NCBI GenBank assembly: GCA_963674755.2
Contig: CAXXVS010000002.1
Coordinates: forward strand, 1,792,001 to 1,856,000
Source: Desulfobacterales bacterium
GTDB taxonomy: Bacteria > Desulfobacterota > Desulfobacteria > Desulfobacterales > UBA5852
Direction: 5' to 3'
DNA: 64,000 nucleotides
Part shown: in pieces, positions 57,156 through 64,000 of the stretch
Numbering within the stretch: the stretch's first letter is position 1
Layout of the letters: each line of letters starts with the position of its first letter
Made by a program: the position numbers and the translations under genes
The notes under the pieces: model-generated
What the model was told of the DNA's origin: nothing
The model's database searches: none
The model's input: only the letters and a program-made list of their open reading frames with translations

Positions 57156-59156
57156 TCACGCGTTACGGAACGGCTTATGTTCATCGAGTATGTTGCGGAT
57201 GGCTTGCGAAAGCTCGGAGATCTGGAACGGTTTCTGGATGAACCCGTTGCCTCCCTTTTCCAATATGGCCTGCGCCTGGCCGTCGATGGAATAGCCGCTT
57301 GACAACATCACCGGTATGTCGGGTTGAATCTCACGGATCCGCTCGAAGGTCTTGCCGCCGTCGAACCCGGGCATGATCAAATCGAGGATCACCAGGTCGA
57401 TTTCATCCCCCCGCTCCCGGACGGTCTCAACGGCCTGCCGGCCACCAGCCGCGACAAGGGCGTGATAGCCCAGCCTTTCCAGGATTGCCTTCCCCACATC
57501 GAGGATCATCTCTTCATCATCGACGACAAGAATGGTGCCGGATCCCTGTAAAGTCTTTTCTTCGATAATGACATCTTCCTGGGCCTCCTTGTCCGATGCA
57601 GGAAGATAAATTGTGAAGGCGGTTCCGTTTCCCGGTTCGCTGTATACGGTGATAAAGCCGCCGTGGTTCTTCACGATGCCGTAGGCCGATGCCAACCCCA
57701 GTCCGGTACCGCACCCGATTTCCTTGGTAGTGAAAAAGGGGTCGAAAATGCGCTGGCGGGTTGCTTCATCCATCCCCAAGCCGGTATCGGTGATCGAAAT
57801 CCGGACGAACCGGCCTGGTGCGGCGGAATGGGGCGCCACCACCGCCTGGTCGAGCATCACGTTGTCCGTGCGCAGCGAAAGATCCCCGCCACCGGGCATG
57901 GCCTGCCAGGCATTGATGAACAAATTGAGGAAGACCTGCTCCATCTGGCGTTGATCCGCCTCCACTACCCACAGGTTGGGTTCGAAGGTTTTCAGGATGC
58001 GAATTTCTTTGCGGGTGCGGCTGAACATGTCGGCGGCATGTTCGATCAATTCATTGAAGGCGGTGGGCTTGATTTCGTATTTGCCGCCCCGGGCGAACCC
58101 CAGCAACTGGTTCGTTAGAGCGGTGGCGCTTTGCACATACTCCTCGATGGCCCGGATATTCGGCCAGAACGGATGCGCGGCATCGATTTCGGTTGTCATC
58201 AGCGAGGCATGGCCCTGGATGCCCATAAGGAGGTTGTTGAGATCATGGGCAAGCCCGCCCGCCAGTGTGCCGACCGTTTCCATCTTCTGGGCATGCAGCA
58301 ATTGCGCCTCGAGCTTCTTGCGCTCGTGCTCGGCCTCTTTGCGCTTTGTAATGTTGAGCCCCATACCGACCACGCCGATAATCTCGCCGTCGATGTTGCG
58401 CAACGGCAGCTTATTGGTGAGAATCCAACCCAACCGGCCATCCGGGGAATAATAAGACTCTTCGCTGTCAACGAGCGCTTTTCCCTCTTCGATGACCTGC
58501 CGCTCATCCCGGCGAAAATTTAGCGCGTCGGCATCCGAATAAAAATCGAAATCCGTTTTGCCGATCAGATTTTCGGGGTCCGTTTCTCCCATCAGGCGCG
58601 TCACCGCCTTATTGGCCAGGAGGAACCGGCTTTCCCGGTCCTTGACATAGATATAGCCCGGCACGATATCGATTAACGTCCTCAGGAGATTGCGTTCCTC
58701 CGCGAGCTCGATTTCCGTCTTCTTGCGATCCGTGATATCCCAAAAAATCCCGATAATACCGATGACCTGTCGGCGACTGTCAAACAATGGCGACTTGATG
58801 ACCTGGATATAGCCGGATTCGCCGCCTATGGATTGCCAGGCCTCTTCAATCGTTTCGGCCTGGCATAGATCCATAATCCTTTGGTCGTCTTCACGAAATT
58901 TTTCGGCCAGCGCCCGGGGATGGATTTCAAAATCGTTTCTTCCGATGACGTCCTGGTAGGTTTTCCCCACGCTCTTGCAATAAAACTCATTGGCGAAAAT
59001 AAACCGGCCGTCTTTGTCTTTGGCAAACACGTTGAGGGGCAAAGAGTGAATCAAAGAAGACAGGAGCCAGCTGTCAGGCTTATACCCTTCTCTGTTAAGG
59101 GGCTGTTTCGCCTGCTTTAAAATACGGTTACCGCTGGTGGAATTGGGCTGTTCCAT
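57156..59156 (-). CDS. Cytoplasmic hybrid histidine kinase (2xPAS-HisKA-HATPase-REC)
   Basis: GGLAHDLNN, NLFINA, FDPFFTTK...GTGLGL and ILDLIMP. Confidence 0.95.
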   Translation of the reverse strand: MEQPNSTSGNRILKQAKQPLNREGYKPDSWLLSSLIHSLPLNVFAKDKDGRFIFANEFYCKSVGKTYQDVIGRNDFEIHPRALAEKFREDDQRIMDLCQAETIEEAWQSIGGESGYIQVIKSPLFDSRRQVIGIIGIFWDITDRKKTEIELAEERNLLRTLIDIVPGYIYVKDRESRFLLANKAVTRLMGETDPENLIGKTDFDFYSDADALNFRRDERQVIEEGKALVDSEESYYSPDGRLGWILTNKLPLRNIDGEIIGVVGMGLNITKRKEAEHERKKLEAQLLHAQKMETVGTLAGGLAHDLNNLLMGIQGHASLMTTEIDAAHPFWPNIRAIEEYVQSATALTNQLLGFARGGKYEIKPTAFNELIEHAADMFSRTRKEIRILKTFEPNLWVVEADQRQMEQVFLNLFINAWQAMPGGGDLSLRTDNVMLDQAVVAPHSAAPGRFVRISITDTGLGMDEATRQRIFDPFFTTKEIGCGTGLGLASAYGIVKNHGGFITVYSEPGNGTAFTIYLPASDKEAQEDVIIEEKTLQGSGTILVVDDEEMILDVGKAILERLGYHALVAAGGRQAVETVRERGDEIDLVILDLIMPGFDGGKTFERIREIQPDIPVMLSSGYSIDGQAQAILEKGGNGFIQKPFQISELSQAIRNILDEHKPFRNA

Positions 59157-59520
59157 TATTGAACCTTATGGCATTTCAGGGTGTCTGCCGGATGGGCATC
59201 GCGCTTTATGGCGTTTCTTCGCACGCTTTTTATCGGGCAACTGCCTGACGATGGGGGGCGCGGAGGAAACCATCCCTTGAGCCCGCAGCATGCTGCGCGA
59301 GGGGAACACGGGTTGGAAAGAACCGCGGCTGTCATCGGATACCCGTCAGGATTGGCGGCCGCCCGTTAGGCGCATCCGACGGTTGGGTGCCATGCCGTTC
59401 AGTATGGTATCGGGACCCATGCCGTAAAACTTGAGCATTTCTCCAACGCCCCTTTATGTCCCAAAAAAACATAATATGTCCAATAATTTCAAACACTCAA
59501 GACAACCCTTCTGAATACAA

Positions 59521-60591
59521 TCAATGTCGCGCCGCTTTCAGCATGAACCGGTAGACCGTTTCCGATCGATAGGTCTCCCCGGGACGCAGGATGGTCGAGG
59601 GGAATTCCGGCTGGTTGGGGGAATTGGGGAAGTGCTGGGTTTCGAGGCACAGCCCCTGGCGGCGCCGGTAGGGACGGCGGCCTTTTCCGGGCAACCGGCT
59701 GTGCAGCGAATTGCCGGAATAGAACTGAAGGCCCGGCTCGCTGGTGCATACCTCCAGCACCCGGCCGCTGTTTTCATCGTAGACCGAGGCCTGCCGTTTG
59801 ATCTCCCCGTCATAGGTGTTGAGGACCCAGTTATGATCGTAGCCGCCCACCCGCTCCAACTGCATGTGGCCGCCGTCGATCCGTTCGTTGATGGCGGTGG
59901 GCCGGCGAAAGTCCAGGGGCGTGTCGGCGACCGGAGCGATTTCGCCGGTGGGGATGAATGCCGCATCGACCGGCAGGAAAAAATCCGCATTGATCCAGAC
60001 GATGTGCCCATCGATGGCGGCCTGGTGATTGCCGGAAAGGTTGAAATACCCGTGATGGGTCAGATTGACAGGAGTCGCCCGGTCCGTTTCGGCCCGGTAT
60101 TGGATGCGGAGTTCATTGTCATTGTTCAGGGAATAGTGCACGCTGACCGCCAGCTTGCCGGGATAGCCCTCCTCGCCGTGTTCGCTGATGCGCTTGAGCG
60201 TCAGGCCGATGCGGTCGCCGCCGGTCACCGGTTCGGCCTTCCATAGGTGTTTGTCAAAGCCGGTCTTGCCCCCATGCAGATGGTGAGCGCCATGATTCCG
60301 TGACAGGGCGCAGGCGGTGCCGTCCAAAATGAACCGGCCGTGGGCGATGCGGTTGGCATAGCGGCCGATGACGGCCCCCATGTAGTGGGTGTCGTGCCAA
60401 TAGCCCGCCGCATCGCTATACCCCAGGACGATATCGTCAAACTCCCCTTCCCGGTCCGGCACCCTGATGGACTGAACCGCCGCGCCCAGGTCGATAATGC
60501 TGACACGGGTGCCCCGGTCGTTATGGAGGGTGAAGCGGGTGACGGGATGCCCGGGGGGGGTCTGGCCGAAGTGACGTTTTTCGATTCGCAT
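59521..60591 (-). CDS. galM: Aldose 1-epimerase (mutarotase)
   Basis: GRYANRI, HLHGG, NLTHHGYFNL, GYDHN and CLETQ. Confidence 0.95.
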   Translation of the reverse strand: MRIEKRHFGQTPPGHPVTRFTLHNDRGTRVSIIDLGAAVQSIRVPDREGEFDDIVLGYSDAAGYWHDTHYMGAVIGRYANRIAHGRFILDGTACALSRNHGAHHLHGGKTGFDKHLWKAEPVTGGDRIGLTLKRISEHGEEGYPGKLAVSVHYSLNNDNELRIQYRAETDRATPVNLTHHGYFNLSGNHQAAIDGHIVWINADFFLPVDAAFIPTGEIAPVADTPLDFRRPTAINERIDGGHMQLERVGGYDHNWVLNTYDGEIKRQASVYDENSGRVLEVCTSEPGLQFYSGNSLHSRLPGKGRRPYRRRQGLCLETQHFPNSPNQPEFPSTILRPGETYRSETVYRFMLKAARH

Positions 60592-60595
60592 GCCG

Positions 60596-61396
60596 TTAGA
60601 CCGGTCCGGCGGCGTCCGGAAGTTTGCCCATGATGATCATGCCCAGGACTTCGTCTTTGGTCACCTCCTGGGTGCGCCGGGTTCCGATCAGCTTGCCGTT
60701 TTTCAAGACCGATACACGGTCCGACAGGTCGAACACGTCGTGCAGATCATGGCTGATCAGGAAGATACCGACCCCCTCGTTTTTAAGCTGCTGGATCAAT
60801 TCGGATACCATGGCGGTCTCCTGGGGACCGAGGGCCGCCGTGGGTTCGTCCATGATGAGGACCTTGGCGTTGAAGTAAATGGCGCGGGCGATGGCCACGG
60901 ATTGGCGCTGCCCCCCGCTCATGTTTTGAACGGCGTCGGTAATGTTCATGAAGTTGGGATTGAGCCGCTGGATGACCTTGCGGGCTTCGTTTTCCATGGC
61001 GCGGTCGTTGAGGGTTCCGTACGGGGTCATGATCTCCCGGCCCAGAAACAAATTGCCGGGTGCGTCGAGATTGTCGGCCAGCGCCAGGGTTTGATAAATG
61101 GTTTCGATGCCGAATTGGCGGGCATCGCGGGGGGAATCGATGCGAACTGTTTCGCCGTTGATGCGAATTTCGCCTTCGTCGCAGGGGATGGCCCCGGAAA
61201 GGGTTTTCATCAACACGGTTTTCCCGGCACCGTTGTGCCCCAGGATGCCGGCGACTTCGCCGGGGTACAGATCGATGCTCACCCCCTGGACAGCGTGCAC
61301 GCCGCCGAACCGCTTGTGGATATTGATCATTTCCACCAGGGGGGGCCGGTCCCCAGACGGATCCGTCCGGGAATCGGGCCGGGGCAAGACGCTCAT
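60596..61396 (-). CDS. Sugar ABC transporter ATP-binding protein (single domain)
   Basis: [25 protein letters not shown] and ISH. Confidence 0.95.
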   Translation of the reverse strand: MSVLPRPDSRTDPSGDRPPLVEMINIHKRFGGVHAVQGVSIDLYPGEVAGILGHNGAGKTVLMKTLSGAIPCDEGEIRINGETVRIDSPRDARQFGIETIYQTLALADNLDAPGNLFLGREIMTPYGTLNDRAMENEARKVIQRLNPNFMNITDAVQNMSGGQRQSVAIARAIYFNAKVLIMDEPTAALGPQETAMVSELIQQLKNEGVGIFLISHDLHDVFDLSDRVSVLKNGKLIGTRRTQEVTKDEVLGMIIMGKLPDAAGPV

Positions 61397-61408
61397 GACC
61401 GAATCTCC

Positions 61409-62638
61409 CTATGATCGGTTTTTGTTATAGGCCACGTCAAACCACACGGCGAGGATCAACACCGCCCCGATCACCACTTGGCGCATAGCGCTCGAAATAC
61501 CCAGCAGAACCATCCCGCTGTCCAGGCTTTGCATGATCACCGCCCCCAGAATGGCGCCGGCGATGGTCCCCTGGCCACCGGCCAGGGACGTCCCGCCGAT
61601 GACCGCGGCGGCGATGACGTTCAGCTCGGCCAGGGATCCCATGGAATTGGCCCCGGCGTTCAGGCGGGCCGTCGTGATGACCGCCGCGACCGCACACAGC
61701 AGCCCCATGACCACGAATACCAGCGTGGTGATTTTCCGGACCGCGATACCCGCCAGCTCGACCGCTTCCGGATTGCCGCCGATGGCGAACACGTAACGGC
61801 CGAACCGGGTGACTTTGGTCAGCAGGGTCATGCCCACCACGACACAGATCATGATCAGAACCGGTACCGGTATCCCCCGGGGGATCTCCGTGCGGGGTTT
61901 GGTGTAGGCATTCATGACCATGACGAATCCGCAGACCAGGGCAATGCCGATGACCAGGAGAACCAACTGGGCGGTCAGCGGTTTGCCCTCGGCGCCATAC
62001 TTGCGGCAGCTCCGGCGCACCGTGACGACATGCAGCACCATCCAGGCAATGGCCACCCCGGCCAGAATCCAGCTCCAGGTGGCGCCGATCGAGCCGTCGA
62101 TCCCCCCCCCCAGGATTTGATAGGTCTTGTCCATGGGCGCCACGGTCCGGCCGTCGGTCACCAGATAGGCCGCGCCGCGAAACATCAGCAGACCCGCCAG
62201 GGTGGTCACGAAAGAGGGAATGCCGCGGTAGGCGATCCACCAGCCCTGCCACAGACCGATCACGCCACCCAGGGCCAGGCCGCACAGGATCGTCAGGGGC
62301 CAGTTCCAGGCGGCACCGAGGGGAAAGACGTGGACTTGCAGAAAGGCAATGACCATCCCTGTAAATCCAAGAACCGATCCCACCGACAAGTCGATGTGCC
62401 GACAGACGATAACGAGCACCATGCCGGTGGCCATGATGCCCACGACGCTGGACTGGACCGCCAGGTTGTACATGTTCCGGGCCGTGAAAAAAATGCCGTC
62501 GGTCAGGATATTGAGGGTGACCCAGATCACCAGCAGGGCGATGATCATGGCCAGCATGCGATTATCGATGTCGGCTTGCCGGAGGCATTGCGAAAACCGT
62601 TTACCGTCACCTTGGGACGGAAATGTCCGGTCGGGCAT
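61409..62638 (-). CDS. xylH: Sugar ABC transporter permease, XylH-like
   Basis: IDLSVGS, IPSFVTTL, FGRYVFAIGGN.EA and IAAAVIGGTSL.GG. Confidence 0.9.
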   Translation of the reverse strand: MPDRTFPSQGDGKRFSQCLRQADIDNRMLAMIIALLVIWVTLNILTDGIFFTARNMYNLAVQSSVVGIMATGMVLVIVCRHIDLSVGSVLGFTGMVIAFLQVHVFPLGAAWNWPLTILCGLALGGVIGLWQGWWIAYRGIPSFVTTLAGLLMFRGAAYLVTDGRTVAPMDKTYQILGGGIDGSIGATWSWILAGVAIAWMVLHVVTVRRSCRKYGAEGKPLTAQLVLLVIGIALVCGFVMVMNAYTKPRTEIPRGIPVPVLIMICVVVGMTLLTKVTRFGRYVFAIGGNPEAVELAGIAVRKITTLVFVVMGLLCAVAAVITTARLNAGANSMGSLAELNVIAAAVIGGTSLAGGQGTIAGAILGAVIMQSLDSGMVLLGISSAMRQVVIGAVLILAVWFDVAYNKNRS

Positions 62639-62761
62639 TGACTGACTCCATAGCGGATCGAAGCGTTAGGGCGAATCCAGACCTTCCACGGCGAGGGCCG
62701 CAATGCGAAAACGGGGCGTTCCGCTCTTCATACACGAAACGCCCCTTGGAAAAACCAAATG

Positions 62762-63808
62762 CTATTGGCAGGCGGGCGGCGCCGTGGCGGGATCGACGCC
62801 CTGGCAAACCACCTGCTTCGAAACCCAGCCGGCCTCGATGACCGTATCCAGGTTATCCCACGTGATGGGCACGGGCTTGAGCAGAATGGCATTCATCGTA
62901 ATGCCCTTGGGTCCGCCGGACCATTGGATGGCATTGGGGACCGTTTTTCCTTCGGCCAGGGCCACGGCGATATCGGCGGCCGCCTTGCCCAGGTCGCGGG
63001 CATCTTTCCAGACCGACACGGTCTGGGTGCCCCGGGCCACCCGGTTCAAAGCGGCGTGGTCACCGTCCTGTCCGGACACCGGCGTAATGCCTTCCATCCC
63101 CTGGGCGGTCAGCGCGGCCACAACGCCGCCGGCGGTACCGTCGTTGGACGCCACTACGGCATCCACTTTATTGTTGTTGGCGGTCAGGATCTGCTCCATG
63201 TTCTTCTGGGCCACTTCCGGTTTCCAGCCCTCGGTGTACTGCTCGCCCACATTCTTGATTTTCCCGGCATCCATAGCCGCTTTTAAGACTTCGAGCTGGC
63301 CCTCATGCAGAAAGTCCGCGTTGGGATCGGTGGGCGAACCCTTGATGAACACGTAGTTGCCTTCGGGTTTGACCATATAGACGGCCAGGGCCTGCATACG
63401 CCCCACTTCCTTGTTGTCGAAGGTCAGATAAAACGCATAGGGATCTTCGATGAGCCGATCGTAGCCCACCACCGGGATGCCTTCCGCCTTGGCCCGCGCG
63501 ATGGCCGGCGAAATCGCATCGGCATCGTAGGCCAGGATAATCAGGGCATCGCAACCCCGGGCAATGAGATTTTCCACGTCGCCGATCTGCTTGGTCGCGT
63601 CGGCCTGAGCATCGGCGCTGATGTATTTGGCGCCCAGTTTCTCCAGCTCGGCCTTTATGGCGGCTTCATCCGTCTTCCAACGTTCTTCCTGAAAGTTGGA
63701 CCAGCTCACGCCCACGGTAAGCGATTTAGCCCAGGCGGCCCCCCCCACCGCGATCAACATAGCCGCGGCGATCAACAGACAAATCATACCCCTTAAGCTT
63801 TTCTTCAT
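62762..63808 (-). CDS. xylF: D-xylose-type ABC transporter substrate-binding protein
   Basis: [40 protein letters not shown] and SVWK. Confidence 0.88.
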   Translation of the reverse strand: MKKSLRGMICLLIAAAMLIAVGGAAWAKSLTVGVSWSNFQEERWKTDEAAIKAELEKLGAKYISADAQADATKQIGDVENLIARGCDALIILAYDADAISPAIARAKAEGIPVVGYDRLIEDPYAFYLTFDNKEVGRMQALAVYMVKPEGNYVFIKGSPTDPNADFLHEGQLEVLKAAMDAGKIKNVGEQYTEGWKPEVAQKNMEQILTANNNKVDAVVASNDGTAGGVVAALTAQGMEGITPVSGQDGDHAALNRVARGTQTVSVWKDARDLGKAAADIAVALAEGKTVPNAIQWSGGPKGITMNAILLKPVPITWDNLDTVIEAGWVSKQVVCQGVDPATAPPACQ

Positions 63809-64000
63809 GCCGGACCTCCTTTTTTTCCCGTATCGCATTTGTTACGCCGAGAATAAATAAAAATAGACAAACGATGGCCTTTGGGGAAATTAATTTATAT
63901 TATGAAATATTAATAGGAAAGCGAATCGCATATGTTTCCATAATAGTCAATACTTTTATCCGGTTATACTCAATTTATGATAATCATTCACTTATTTGAG

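Noticed and set aside
1..64000. CRISPR array, rRNA, tRNA, integrase or transposase
   Set aside because: No regularly spaced repeats, stable-RNA signatures or recombinase motifs were found by eye.

Overview
A GC-rich (roughly 55-62%, judged by eye) bacterial chromosomal window. Gene content suggests a Desulfobacterales-like deltaproteobacterium (inference). No searches were run, so all calls come from motifs read in the sequence. Layout: (1-950) AT-rich tail of a probable integrated element; (1.3-16 kb) a two-component pair, a GlgA-like protein, two stand-alone glycogen-binding proteins, HtrA, three related small OB-fold-like proteins, KH, PilZ, Usp and an atypical sigma54 activator, with several sigma54 promoter motifs; (16-32 kb) acyl-CoA ligase, GGDEF-EAL, speD-speE, MFS and a GntR-tctCBA-MmgE/PrpD-oxidoreductase operon; (32.5-47.9 kb) a conflict-type cluster with a c-di-GMP-I riboswitch before NERD+TPR genes, a three-gene operon led by a MORC/MutL-like GHKL ATPase, and a signal-peptide Rhs toxin with an ankyrin partner; (48-64 kb) cold-shock protein, old yellow enzyme, Lpp-like lipoprotein with two L,D-transpeptidases, ECF sigma/anti-sigma/Spy-like module, hybrid kinase, galM and a xylose-type ABC transporter. 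Best novelty candidates are the GHKL three-gene operon, a 30-codon leader peptide with an anti-SD switch before speD, a sigma54-driven structured ncRNA near 15.2-15.46 kb, and the permuted papain-like Rhs toxin tip. No rRNA, complete tRNA, CRISPR array or transposase was seen.
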